Below, in pieces: positions 10,571-20,716 of a stretch of 64,000 nucleotides of DNA. The DNA lies in the NCBI GenBank assembly GCA_963665325.3, contig OZ224045.1, positions 736,001 through 800,000 of the forward strand, read 5' to 3'. Under the pieces are notes generated by a model. That model had not been told where the DNA came from, made no database searches, and saw only the letters and a list, made by a program, of their open reading frames with translations. Within the stretch, counting starts at the first letter, position 1, and every line of letters starts with the position of its first letter. A program made the position numbers and the translations under genes. The stretch is from Alphaproteobacteria bacterium (lineage in GTDB: Bacteria > Pseudomonadota > Alphaproteobacteria > Bin95).

Positions 10571-11913
10571 GGCCCGAGTTGGGACAGGAAAGCGTCTTCG
10601 TCGTCAAGGGTGCGCAGATCGAAGAGCAGCCGCCCCTCGGAGATGCGCCCGATGACCGGGATGGGCAGCTGCCGGAAGGCCGCCGCGCGCGCTTCGAGCG
10701 CCTTGCCGCCGGGAGCGGAGAGCGCAAGAGCCCGGCTCTCGAGCCGTTCCACCGGCAGCGACCCGGAGCCGATCTGGCTCAGCGCGGTCACGACCTCGGC
10801 ACCCTCTATCGCCGGCGCAAGCCGATGTGCCTGGGCCTCGATTTCCTCTACCGGACGGGTGAGGATGCGCAGCGCAGGCAGGCGTTCCGCCAGCCGGTCG
10901 GGGTCCCGATAAAGCCGCAACACCGCCTCCAGCGCGGCGAGCGACAGCTTGCCGAGGCGCATGGCGCGGCGCATCGGGTTGTTCTTGATCGCTGCGACGA
11001 GGTCTGCCCGGCCGACGATAATGCCTGCTTGCGGGCCGCCCAGCAGCTTGTCGCCGCTGAAGGTAACCAGACCGGCCCCGTCTGCGAGCGCGTGGCCCGG
11101 CATGGGCTCCTGCGGAAGGCCGTAACGTGCAAGATCGACAAGCTGCCCGGCACCCAGATCCACCGCATAAGGCACGCCTGCCGCCTCCGCGATGCAGGCA
11201 AGGCGGTCGTCAGGCACCGAGGCCGCGAAGCCGACGACTTCATAGTTGGAGGTGTGCACCTTCATGACGCAGCCCGTTTCCGGGCCGATGGCGGCCTCGA
11301 AGTCGCTTGCATGCGTGCGGTTGGTGGTGCCGACCTCGACCATGCGGGCGCCGGCGCGGGCCATGATTTCCGGCATCCGGAAGGAGCCGCCGATCTCGAC
11401 GAGTTCGCCGCGCGAGACCAGCGTGTCCCGCCCTGCCGACAGGCTGTTCAGCACCAGCAATACGGCGGCGGCATTGTTGTTGACGGCGGTTGCGGCTTCC
11501 GCGCCCGTAAGTTCGGTGAGCAACGCCTCGACATGGGAGTCCCGGTCGCCCCGCCGCCCGGTCTCCAGATCGTATTCGAGATTGCAATTTCCGGCAGCGG
11601 CAGCGACGGCGGCGACGGCCTCTTCCGGCAAGGGCGCCCGGCCCAGATTGGTGTGCAGTACCACGCCTGTCAGGTTGAAGACACGGCGGAGCGAAAGTCG
11701 CGCACGGGCCGCGATATGGGCCGCCGCCACCGGCCCGAGCCCAGTCGGGTCGAGCGCGCGGCCGGCCCCCAACACTCTCCGCGCATCCGCCAAAGCCTTC
11801 CGTGCGCCTGCCAGTGCCTCGGATCGCCCGTATTCCTCAGCCGCAGCCGCAAGGGCAGGCTCTTCGAGCAGCCGGTCCACCGAAGGCAGGATCGAGAAAT
11901 CCGGGCGTGACAT
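10567..11913 (-). CDS. selA: L-seryl-tRNA(Sec) selenium transferase
   Basis: [48 protein letters not shown] (PLP lysine). Confidence 0.97.
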   Translation of the reverse strand: MSRPDFSILPSVDRLLEEPALAAAAEEYGRSEALAGARKALADARRVLGAGRALDPTGLGPVAAAHIAARARLSLRRVFNLTGVVLHTNLGRAPLPEEAVAAVAAAAGNCNLEYDLETGRRGDRDSHVEALLTELTGAEAATAVNNNAAAVLLVLNSLSAGRDTLVSRGELVEIGGSFRMPEIMARAGARMVEVGTTNRTHASDFEAAIGPETGCVMKVHTSNYEVVGFAASVPDDRLACIAEAAGVPYAVDLGAGQLVDLARYGLPQEPMPGHALADGAGLVTFSGDKLLGGPQAGIIVGRADLVAAIKNNPMRRAMRLGKLSLAALEAVLRLYRDPDRLAERLPALRILTRPVEEIEAQAHRLAPAIEGAEVVTALSQIGSGSLPVERLESRALALSAPGGKALEARAAAFRQLPIPVIGRISEGRLLFDLRTLDDEDAFLSQLGP

Positions 11914-12166
11914 CCTTCAAGGACCCCTGTGCCTAGCGAACCAAGCCATCGCCAAACGGCTCCCAATACGTCGCCGCGCATGCGGCAACCGACCGCCCAC
12001 AATATCGCTACGGCGTTCGCTGCGACACCAAAGTTGGCCTTCCGTATCATTTTTTGCTTGGCCTCGGCGTGCGGGTTGGCTACCAAACCTCACATACACG
12101 CCTCAGGCATCGGGACAGTAAACGATCCGACCCAGGCGTTCGCACTCGCCAGGGGAGACCGAAGCC

Positions 12167-14116
12167 ATGGCCGGCGCTCTACCGGATGTCGTGCAACACG
12201 ACACATTCCCGAAGCTGCTGCGCTACAACGCCGAACATCGCGCATCGCTGGCGGCCGTCCGCGAAAAGGACCTCGGCATCTGGCAAACCTGGACCTGGGC
12301 CGACTTCCGAGACGCTGTGCGCAAGCTTACCGCCGGCATGAAGGCGCTTGGCCTGAAGCGCGGAGAGAAGATCGCCATCGTCGGCGATAACCGGCCGCGG
12401 CTCTATTTCGCCATGAGCGCCGCGCAGAGCCTCGGCGCCATTCCCGTGCCGGTTTACCAGGATGCGGTGGCGGACGAGATGCGCTTCGTGCTGGACCATG
12501 CCGAAGTCGCATTCATCGTGGCGGAAGATCAGGAGCAGGTCGATAAAGTCCTGTCTCAAAAGGAACATCTCCCCGCCCTGCGGACAGTCATATATGATGA
12601 CCCGCGCGGGATGCGGGACTATAGCGAACCCTTCCTGCATGCCTATGACGATGTCGTCGGCATGGGCGACGAAAGCGGCTGGGAAGACGAGGTCGATCTC
12701 GGCAAGGGAACCGACACCGCGATCATCCTCTATACTTCCGGCACGACCGGCACGCCGAAGGGCGTGGTGCTCTCCTACGACAATCTCGTGCTCTGCGCGA
12801 AGATCGGCGCGGACTTCGAGAACCTGCGCGAGGACGAGGTCGTGCTGGCCTATTTGCCGATGGCCTGGGTCGGCGACAACGTGCTCTCCTATTGCCAGGC
12901 GCATCTGGTCGGCTTCTCGTTCGCCTGCCCGGAATCCCCGGAAACGGTGCCGCATGACCTGCGCGAACTGGGGCCTACCTATTTCTTCGCGCCGCCGCGC
13001 GTGTTCGAGAACCTGCTGACCCAGGTGACGATCCGCATGGAGGATGCCGCGCCCCTGAAACAGCGCGTTTTCCGCTTCTTCATGAATGTCGCCAACCGCG
13101 CGGGGGCGCACATTCTGGAAGGCCGCAAGGTGGGCATTGCAGACCGGCTGCTTTACCGGCTCGGCGAGGTATTTGTTTACGGCCCGCTCAAGAATGTGCT
13201 GGGCCTCTCGCGGCTTCGGGTCGGCTATACCGCCGGCGAGGCCATCGGGCCTGAAATCTTCCGCTTCTTCCGTTCGCTCGGCATCAACCTGAAGCAGCTC
13301 TACGGCCAGACCGAGGCCAGCGTGTTCGTCACCATCCAGGCCAACGACGACGTGCGCCCCGAGAGCGTCGGTCCGCCGGCGCCCGGTGTCGAGTTGCGCA
13401 TCACAGAGGAAGGCGAGGTGCTCTACCGCAGTCCGGGCGTCTTCCAGGAGTACTACAAGAACAGCGAAGCCACCGCCGAAACCAAGACGGACGACGGCTG
13501 GGTACATACGGGCGACGCGGGCGTGATCGACGGCGACGGCCACCTGCGGATCATCGACCGCGCCAAGGATGTCGGCAGGCTCGTGGACGGCACCCTGTTC
13601 GCGCCGAAATATCTCGAAAACAAGCTGAAGTTCTATCCGAACATCCGCGAGGCGGTGACCTTCGGCCATGAGCGGGACTTCGTGACCGCGATGATAAACA
13701 TCGACATCGAGGCGGTCGGCAACTGGGCCGAGAGGCGCAATATCCCCTATTCCAGCTACCAGGAGCTCGCCGCGCGACCGGAGGTTCTGGACATCGTCGA
13801 GGGCAATGTTTCGGAATTCAATGCAGGTTTGGCGGCCGACCCGCAATTTGCCGGCTCGCAGATCCGCCGCTTCATCGTGCTGCACAAGATGCTCGACGCC
13901 GACGACGGCGAACTCACCCGCACGCAGAAGGTGCGCCGCCGCTTCATCGCCGACCGCTACGCCCCGGCGATCGCGGCGCTCTATGGCGGCGATGACAAGA
14001 TCGTGCTCGAAACGCCTGTGACCTTCGAGGACGGGCGGTCGGACACGATCACCGGCGACCTCGCCATCCGCGACGCCCGCGTCACCGCGGCCGGCGGCGA
14101 AAGGGCCGCTGCATGA
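12167..14116 (+). CDS. Long-chain-fatty-acid--CoA ligase-like AMP-binding protein
   Basis: YTSGTTGTPKG, YGQTE, GWVHTGD, IIDRAKD. Confidence 0.9.
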   Translation: MAGALPDVVQHDTFPKLLRYNAEHRASLAAVREKDLGIWQTWTWADFRDAVRKLTAGMKALGLKRGEKIAIVGDNRPRLYFAMSAAQSLGAIPVPVYQDAVADEMRFVLDHAEVAFIVAEDQEQVDKVLSQKEHLPALRTVIYDDPRGMRDYSEPFLHAYDDVVGMGDESGWEDEVDLGKGTDTAIILYTSGTTGTPKGVVLSYDNLVLCAKIGADFENLREDEVVLAYLPMAWVGDNVLSYCQAHLVGFSFACPESPETVPHDLRELGPTYFFAPPRVFENLLTQVTIRMEDAAPLKQRVFRFFMNVANRAGAHILEGRKVGIADRLLYRLGEVFVYGPLKNVLGLSRLRVGYTAGEAIGPEIFRFFRSLGINLKQLYGQTEASVFVTIQANDDVRPESVGPPAPGVELRITEEGEVLYRSPGVFQEYYKNSEATAETKTDDGWVHTGDAGVIDGDGHLRIIDRAKDVGRLVDGTLFAPKYLENKLKFYPNIREAVTFGHERDFVTAMINIDIEAVGNWAERRNIPYSSYQELAARPEVLDIVEGNVSEFNAGLAADPQFAGSQIRRFIVLHKMLDADDGELTRTQKVRRRFIADRYAPAIAALYGGDDKIVLETPVTFEDGRSDTITGDLAIRDARVTAAGGERAAA

Positions 14117-14895
14117 CCCGGCCGGGAGACATCCTGCTCAGCGTCAAGGACATTTCGCTGCGTTTCGGCGGCGTCCGGGCGCTGACGGATGTCAGCTTCG
14201 ACATTCACGAGGGTGAGATCTTCGCCATCATCGGCCCCAACGGAGCCGGAAAGTCGTCAATGCTGAACTGCATCAACGGCTTCTACCACCCGCAGGAAGG
14301 AACGATCACCTTCAAGGGCGAGGAACGCCGGCAAATGCGCCCGCACGAAGCCGCCGCCCAGGGCATCAGCCGCACCTTCCAGAATATTGCGCTCTTCAAG
14401 GGCATGACGACGCTGGAGAATGTCATGACCGGGCGCATGCTCAAGATGAAGGCTTCTTTCGTGGAACAGGCGTTCTATATGCTCCGGGGCCGGCAGGAGG
14501 AGATCGCCCATCGCGAGAAGGTCGAGGAAGTGATCGACTTCCTTGAGATACAGGCGATCCGCAAGACTCCCGTAGGCCGCCTGCCCTACGGCCTGCAGAA
14601 ACGGGTCGAACTGGCGCGCGCGCTGGCGGCGGAGCCGCAACTGCTGCTGCTCGACGAGCCGATGGCGGGCATGAATGTCGAGGAAAAGGAAGACATGTGC
14701 CGCTTCGTGCTGTCCACCAACCACGAACTCGGCACCACGATCGCGCTCATCGAGCATGACATGGGCGTCGTCATGGACCTTTCCGACCGGGTGGTCGTGC
14801 TCGACTATGGCAAGAAGCTCGCCGAAGGCACGCCGGGTGAGGTCCGCGGCAACCAGGACGTCATCGACGCCTATCTCGGCGTAAGCCACGACTAG
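14113..14895 (+). CDS. Branched-chain (HAAT) ABC transporter ATP-binding protein, LivG-like
   Basis: GPNGAGKS, LPYGLQKRVE, LLLDEP, IEHDM. Confidence 0.93.
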   Translation: MTRPGDILLSVKDISLRFGGVRALTDVSFDIHEGEIFAIIGPNGAGKSSMLNCINGFYHPQEGTITFKGEERRQMRPHEAAAQGISRTFQNIALFKGMTTLENVMTGRMLKMKASFVEQAFYMLRGRQEEIAHREKVEEVIDFLEIQAIRKTPVGRLPYGLQKRVELARALAAEPQLLLLDEPMAGMNVEEKEDMCRFVLSTNHELGTTIALIEHDMGVVMDLSDRVVVLDYGKKLAEGTPGEVRGNQDVIDAYLGVSHD

Positions 14896-14907
14896 GACGA
14901 CGCGGCG

Positions 14908-15858
14908 ATGGAAACCCTCTACCTCATCCTCATCGACCCCTTTGTGCAGATGGTCGATGAGCCGTCCTTCCTGGTGGAAGTGCTGATCGGCGGGCTGACA
15001 TCGGGCGTCATGTATTCGCTGGTGGCGCTCGGTTTCGTGCTGATCTTCAAGGCCTCGGGCATCTTCAATTTCGCCCAGGGCATCTTCGTCCTGTTCGCGG
15101 CGCTGAACTTCGTCGGGCTGATGGACCTGGGCGTCCATCCGATCCTCGCTTTCGTCATCACGATCGGTATCATGACCGCCCTTGCGTTCGCCGTGGACCG
15201 GCTGGTGTTGCGCCCGCTGGTGAACCAGGACCCGATCATCCTGTTCATGGCGACCATCGGCATCGCTTTCTTTCTGGAAGGCTTCGGGGAGACGCTCTGG
15301 GGCGGCGATGTGCGCCCGGTCCAGGTCGGCATCCCGGATGCGGCGCTCTTCTGGGAGCTGGGCTTCGGCGAAATCCTGGTGCAGTCCGCGGATCTGTTCG
15401 CCGGGGTGATCGCGGCCTTCCTGGTGACGGTGCTGGCGCTGTTCTTCCACTTCACGCCGGTCGGACGAGCCTTGCGCGCCGTCGCCGACGACCACCAGGC
15501 GGCGCTCTCGGTCGGCATTCCGCTCAACAATATCTGGGTGATCGTCTGGGCGGTGGCCGGTTTCGTGGCGCTCGCAGCCGGCATCATGTGGGGTGCCAAG
15601 CTCGGCGTGCAATTCGCGCTCTCCACCATCGCGCTCAAGGCGCTGCCGGTCCTGATTCTCGGCGGCTTCACCTCGATCCCGGGCGCCATTGTCGGCGGGC
15701 TGATCGTCGGTGCGGGCGAGAAGCTGTTCGAGAATTTCTGGGGCGTTCCCTTGCTCGGGGGTGCGACCGAGGACTGGTTCGCCTATATCGTCGCCATGAT
15801 CTTCCTGTTCTTCAGGCCTCAAGGCTTGTTCGGCGAGAAGATCATCGAACGGGTATGA
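14908..15858 (+). CDS. Branched-chain ABC transporter permease, LivH-like
   Basis: YSLVALGFVLIFKASGIFNFAQG, GRALRAVADD, RPQGLFG. Confidence 0.92.
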   Translation: METLYLILIDPFVQMVDEPSFLVEVLIGGLTSGVMYSLVALGFVLIFKASGIFNFAQGIFVLFAALNFVGLMDLGVHPILAFVITIGIMTALAFAVDRLVLRPLVNQDPIILFMATIGIAFFLEGFGETLWGGDVRPVQVGIPDAALFWELGFGEILVQSADLFAGVIAAFLVTVLALFFHFTPVGRALRAVADDHQAALSVGIPLNNIWVIVWAVAGFVALAAGIMWGAKLGVQFALSTIALKALPVLILGGFTSIPGAIVGGLIVGAGEKLFENFWGVPLLGGATEDWFAYIVAMIFLFFRPQGLFGEKIIERV

Positions 15859-15862
15859 CCTG

Positions 15863-16939
15863 ATGCTTTACCGCGAAGCCGGACAGTTCAAGACCAGCTA
15901 TTCCGCCGACCAGGCGATGCTCACGATACCGCTCGACCGCTGGTTCGTGTTCGCGTTGACCGCCTTTGCGGTTATCGGAGTGCCGCTCCTCGCGAGCGAA
16001 TATCTGATGGTCTCGATTCTGGTCCCGGTGCTGATCCTTTCGATCGCGGCGCTGGGCCTCAACATCCTGACGGGCTATTGCGGCCAGCTCTCGCTCGGCA
16101 CGGGCGCCTTCATGGCCGCCGGGGCCTATCTCGCCTACAAGATCGCGACCAATATCACCTGGCTGCCGATCTGGGTCGTGATCCCCCTTGCCGGGCTTTG
16201 CGCGGCCGCCATCGGCATCGCCTTCGGCCTGCCGAGCCTGCGCATCAAGGGCTTTTATCTCGCGGTCGCCACGCTGGCGGCGCAGTTCTTCCTGCTCTGG
16301 CTGTTCGTCAAGGTGCCGTGGTTCGTCAACGACTCGATCTCCGGCGTGCCGCCCGCGCCCCCGCGCAGCGTCTTCGGCTTCCAGGTCACGGGCGCCGCGG
16401 CAGGCAATGAGGCGAAATACCTGTTCGTGCTGGCTTTCGTCATCGCGCTCGCCTGGATTGCGCGCAATTTGGCGCGCTCGCGTATCGGCCGATCGTGGAT
16501 GGCGATCCGGGATATGGATATCGCTGCGGAACTGGTGGGCATCCGGCCGCTCCCGACCAAGCTCTCGGCCTTCGCGATCTCCAGCTTCTACTGCGGCGTC
16601 GCCGGCGCGCTCTGGGCCTTGTGTTACATCAACTCCGTGGAGCCGACTGCCTTCGACATCAACCGGTCCTTCCAGGTGCTGTTCATGGTCATCGTCGGCG
16701 GGCTCGGCAGCGTGCTCGGCTCCTTCCTCGGGGCCGCGTTCATCTTCCTGCTGCCGATCTTCCTAAATAGCGCGCCCGGATGGATCGGCTACTCCGTGGC
16801 GAGCGATACAATCACCCATATCGAATTCATGCTGTTCGGCGTTCTCATCATCTTCTTCCTGATCGTCGAACCGCATGGACTGGCGCGACTCTGGCAAATC
16901 GCCAAGGAAAAACTGCGCCTCTGGCCGTTTCCCTATTGA
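15863..16939 (+). CDS. Branched-chain ABC transporter permease, LivM-like
   Basis: GLNILTGYCGQLSLG, GRSWMAIRD, EPHGL. Confidence 0.92.
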   Translation: MLYREAGQFKTSYSADQAMLTIPLDRWFVFALTAFAVIGVPLLASEYLMVSILVPVLILSIAALGLNILTGYCGQLSLGTGAFMAAGAYLAYKIATNITWLPIWVVIPLAGLCAAAIGIAFGLPSLRIKGFYLAVATLAAQFFLLWLFVKVPWFVNDSISGVPPAPPRSVFGFQVTGAAAGNEAKYLFVLAFVIALAWIARNLARSRIGRSWMAIRDMDIAAELVGIRPLPTKLSAFAISSFYCGVAGALWALCYINSVEPTAFDINRSFQVLFMVIVGGLGSVLGSFLGAAFIFLLPIFLNSAPGWIGYSVASDTITHIEFMLFGVLIIFFLIVEPHGLARLWQIAKEKLRLWPFPY

Positions 16940-16998
16940 TCGTGGCGGAAACTGGCCGCAATGCCGACGAGGCAGAAACCCAAGGGAGGTTCCCCATC

Positions 16999-18306
16999 AT
17001 GCTCACGAAGAAACTGGTGACAGCGGGTGTGGCCGCAGCCATTGCGGCCGGCGCCATCGGCGTTGTCCAGGCCGAGGAAGGCCAGTTCATCCCCGCGCTC
17101 ACCTACCGCACCGGCCCCTACGCGCCCGGCGGCATTCCGACCGCCAACGGCTACACTGACTACTTCCACCTCATCAACCAACGCGACGGCGGCGTCAACG
17201 GCGTCAAGTTCATCGTTGAGGAGTGCGAATACGGCTACAAGACCGACCGTGGCGTCGAGTGCTACGACCGGCTGAAGGACAAGCATGGCGGCGCGACCGC
17301 CGTCAGCCCGTATTCCACCGGCACGACCTATGCGCTGATCGACAAGGCCACCGCCGACAAGGTTCCGATCCTGTCGATGGGCTACGGCCGAACGAGCGCC
17401 GCCGATGGGCGAGTGTTCCCCTATGTCTTCAACTTCCCGGCGACGTATTGGAGCCAGGCCACGGCGGTCATGCAATACATCGCCAACGAGATGGGCGGCC
17501 TCGAAGCACTGAAGGGCCAGCGTTTCGCCTTCATCTACCTCGACCATCCCTACGGAAAAGAGCCGATCCCGACCTTCGACATCCTGGCCGAGAAGTTCGG
17601 TTTCACCTACGACAAGTATCCGGTACCGTTCGCGACGGGAACCGAGCAGAAGTCGGTCTGGCTGCAGATCCGCCGCACCAAGCCCGCTTACATCATCATG
17701 TGGGGCTGGGGCGTGATGAACGCCACCGCGGTCAAGGAAGCCGCGAACATCAAGTTCGATATGAGCAAGTTCATCGGCAACTGGTGGTCTGCTTCCGAGC
17801 AGGACGTGCTGCCGGCTGGCGACGGCGCTATCGGCTACAAGGGCGCGACCTTCAACGGTTCCGGAACCGACTACAAGGTCTTCGAGGACATGAAGGGCAT
17901 GAGCGGCCTGAGCGACGACGGCGACAAGGGCACCGTGCTCTACAACCGCGGTATGGTGAATGCGGCCTATATCGTGGAAGCCGTGCGGCTGGCCCAGGAG
18001 AAATATGGCAAGGGCAAGCGCGTCACCGGCGAACAGGTGCGCTGGGCATTTGAGAATCTCGACCTCACCGCAGAGAATATCGAGGCTCTCGGCCTGACGG
18101 GGCTGATGCCGGTTACCAAGGTAACCTGCCTGAACCATGAGGGCACGAACCCCGCGATCCTGATCCAGCAGTGGAACGGCAATGCCTGGGAGATCATCAC
18201 CGACTGGATCCCGGCGATGACCGATGTCGTGCGCCCGCTCATCGAGCAGGACGCGGCACAATACGCCAAGGAGAACAACATCACCCCGCGCGACTGCTCG
18301 GCGTAG
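16999..18306 (+). CDS. Branched-chain ABC transporter substrate-binding protein
   Basis: GGAGG RBS, signal peptide, YRTGPYA and GGVNGV motifs. Confidence 0.9.
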   Translation: MLTKKLVTAGVAAAIAAGAIGVVQAEEGQFIPALTYRTGPYAPGGIPTANGYTDYFHLINQRDGGVNGVKFIVEECEYGYKTDRGVECYDRLKDKHGGATAVSPYSTGTTYALIDKATADKVPILSMGYGRTSAADGRVFPYVFNFPATYWSQATAVMQYIANEMGGLEALKGQRFAFIYLDHPYGKEPIPTFDILAEKFGFTYDKYPVPFATGTEQKSVWLQIRRTKPAYIIMWGWGVMNATAVKEAANIKFDMSKFIGNWWSASEQDVLPAGDGAIGYKGATFNGSGTDYKVFEDMKGMSGLSDDGDKGTVLYNRGMVNAAYIVEAVRLAQEKYGKGKRVTGEQVRWAFENLDLTAENIEALGLTGLMPVTKVTCLNHEGTNPAILIQQWNGNAWEIITDWIPAMTDVVRPLIEQDAAQYAKENNITPRDCSA

Positions 18307-18345
18307 AGCAGTTCTACCCCACCGGCGGGAGAGGCCCGGAAGCCC

Positions 18346-19158
18346 ATGAACGAGACCGTTCGCAACGAGCTTGAAGTGAACAATGTCGAGGTCATTTACG
18401 ACCACGTCATCCTCGTGCTGAAGGGCGTCTCCCTCCACGTGCCGAAGGGGGGCATCGTCGCCCTCCTCGGCGCGAACGGGGCGGGCAAGACCACGACACT
18501 CAAGGCCGTTTCCAACCTGCTGCGCGCCGAGCGCGGCGAGGTCACCAAGGGCTCGATCCTCTATCGGGGCGAGCAGATCGACGCGCTGACGCCGACCGAC
18601 CTCGTACGCAAGGGCGTCATCCAGGTGATGGAAGGCCGCCATTGTTTTGAACATTTGACCGTCGAGGAAAACCTGCTGACCGGCGCCTATACGCGCCATG
18701 CCCGCCGGTCGGAGCTGAATGAGGACCTCGACGCCGTTTACGGATATTTCCCGGCTCTAAAAAGCCGACGGCGGAGCCTTGCCGGCTATATTTCGGGCGG
18801 CGAACAGCAGATGTGCGCGATCGGACGCGCGCTGATGTCCAAGCCGCAGATGATCCTGCTGGACGAGCCTTCCATGGGCCTCGCCCCGCAGCTTGTCGAG
18901 CAGATCTTCGAGATCGTGAAACGCATCAACGAAGAAGAGAACTGTTCGATCCTGCTGGCCGAGCAGAACACCAATATGGCGCTCAAATACGCCCACTACG
19001 GCTACATCCTGGAGAACGGGCGCATCGTCATGGACGGCGACGCAGCGGTCCTGCGCGAAAACGAGGATGTGAAGGAGTTCTATCTCGGGATCGGCACGGC
19101 CGGACGCAGGAGCTACCGGGACATCAAATTCTATCGTCGGCGCAAACGCTGGGTATGA
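18346..19158 (+). CDS. Branched-chain ABC transporter ATP-binding protein, LivF-like
   Basis: GANGAGKTT, ISGGEQQM, LLDEPSMGLAP, AEQN. Confidence 0.93.
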   Translation: MNETVRNELEVNNVEVIYDHVILVLKGVSLHVPKGGIVALLGANGAGKTTTLKAVSNLLRAERGEVTKGSILYRGEQIDALTPTDLVRKGVIQVMEGRHCFEHLTVEENLLTGAYTRHARRSELNEDLDAVYGYFPALKSRRRSLAGYISGGEQQMCAIGRALMSKPQMILLDEPSMGLAPQLVEQIFEIVKRINEEENCSILLAEQNTNMALKYAHYGYILENGRIVMDGDAAVLRENEDVKEFYLGIGTAGRRSYRDIKFYRRRKRWV

Positions 19159-19164
19159 GTGACC

Positions 19165-20403
19165 ATGACCGCTAATGGAGACTTCTACGACAAGCTGGAG
19201 ATCCGGGACCCGGAACAGCGTGAGGCCGAGCAACTCACGGAGTTGCGCAACCTGATCGCCCTTGCCAAGGACAAGGCGCCCTACTGGCAACGGACGCTCG
19301 CAGGCATAGAGGCCGGCGACATCGCCTCCCGCGCCGCCCTTTCGTCCCTGCCCGTCACCCGCAAGTCGGAACTGATGGAAGTGCAAGCGGCGGAACCGCC
19401 CTTCGGCGGCATGACGATCGTCCCTGTCGGAGAATTCAAGCGTGTGTTCCGGTCGCCCGGCCCGATCTGCGAGCCGATGGGCACGAGGCCCGACTGGTTC
19501 CGGGGCGCGCGTTCGCTCTACGCCGCCGGCTTCCGAAGCGGCGATGTCGTCCACAACACCTTCAGCTACCACTTCACGCCCGGCGCCTTCATGATGGAGA
19601 GCGCGGCGGAGGCGCTCGGCTGCACGGTGTTCCCCGGCGGCGTCGGTCAGACCGAACAGCAGGTCGAAGCAATCCAGCATTTCGGTGCAGTCGGATTCAT
19701 GGGCACGCCCGACTTCCTTAAGATCGTTCTGGACAAGGCCGCGGAGATGGGTATCGCCCTGCCCTCGCTTGCCAAGGCGCTGGTCGGCGGGGGGGCGCTC
19801 TTCCCTTCGCTCCGTCAGGAAATCCGAGGCAAGGGCGTCGATGTGATGCAGAACTACGGCACGGCGGATGTCGGTCTGGTCGCCTATGAGACCCCGGCTT
19901 TGGAAGGCATGGTGCTCGACGAGGGTGTGATCGTCGAGATCGTCCGGCCGGGTTCGGGCGACCCGGTACCGGATGGAGAGGTCGGAGAGGTCGTGGTCAC
20001 GACGCTCAATAGCGACTATCCGCTGTTCCGGTTCGCAACCGGCGACATGTCCGCCGTCGATGCCGGGCAAAGCTCCTGCGGACGTACCAATACCCGCATC
20101 AAGGGCTGGATGGGACGGGCCGATCAGACCGCCAAGGTACGCGGCATGTTCATCCGCCCCGAGCAGGTCAATCGCGTGCTTGCCCACCACCCGGAAATTA
20201 CACGACTCAGGCTTGTGGTCGGCTCCGAGAACAATCTCGACACCGCAACCCTGCAGGTGGAGGCGCCGACCCGCGACGACGCCTTCCGGGATGCAGTTGC
20301 GGAGAGTTTCCGGTCGGAATGCAAGATGCGCGGGCGGATCGAATTCGCCGACGCCCTGCCAAATGACGGCAAGGTGATCGACGACCGGCGCAGTTACGAT
20401 TGA
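19165..20403 (+). CDS. Phenylacetate--CoA ligase family protein
   Basis: SPGPI, FSYHFTPG, YGTADVG, FRFATGD, GRADQTAKVRGMF. Confidence 0.85.
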   Translation: MTANGDFYDKLEIRDPEQREAEQLTELRNLIALAKDKAPYWQRTLAGIEAGDIASRAALSSLPVTRKSELMEVQAAEPPFGGMTIVPVGEFKRVFRSPGPICEPMGTRPDWFRGARSLYAAGFRSGDVVHNTFSYHFTPGAFMMESAAEALGCTVFPGGVGQTEQQVEAIQHFGAVGFMGTPDFLKIVLDKAAEMGIALPSLAKALVGGGALFPSLRQEIRGKGVDVMQNYGTADVGLVAYETPALEGMVLDEGVIVEIVRPGSGDPVPDGEVGEVVVTTLNSDYPLFRFATGDMSAVDAGQSSCGRTNTRIKGWMGRADQTAKVRGMFIRPEQVNRVLAHHPEITRLRLVVGSENNLDTATLQVEAPTRDDAFRDAVAESFRSECKMRGRIEFADALPNDGKVIDDRRSYD

Positions 20404-20716
20404 GGCCAATGACAGTGAGTGAGCCATCCGGACAAAGAGCTGCCGGCCCGCTGCGGAAATCCGGCGCCCGATTACCGCAGCAAGAGAACGCGGAAGGTTC
20501 AACCGAAACGGGCAACCCAAGATTTCTTGGGATGTTTTCGGCGCTCTCAGGGGGACCGTCGAAATTCCGCAGGGAACAGACTTGACGGCTCCCGTCGGTG
20601 TGGAGTGGGAAGCCGAACGTTAGTTGGGAGCGACAGCTCCTGTCGTCAGTTGCCCCGGGCGGGGGCGAAGCGGAGACCCGGGTGCGGCTAGGAACAGGCC
20701 GCCGGAGGAATGTTCG

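Noticed and set aside
19150-19170. TGA of the LivF-like gene in frame with the downstream CoA ligase (possible Sec readthrough)
   Set aside because: Both proteins are full length for their families, there is no Cys/Sec context, and tight spacing is normal in this operon.
12167-20403. Acyl-CoA ligase, branched-chain ABC and PaaK-like cluster as a novel system
   Set aside because: This gene order is widely conserved in Proteobacteria; nothing unusual seen here.
20480-20560. Glycine or FMN riboswitch (ctctcagg...ggaccg, gaaattcc)
   Set aside because: Only short fragments match; the remaining conserved aptamer elements are missing.
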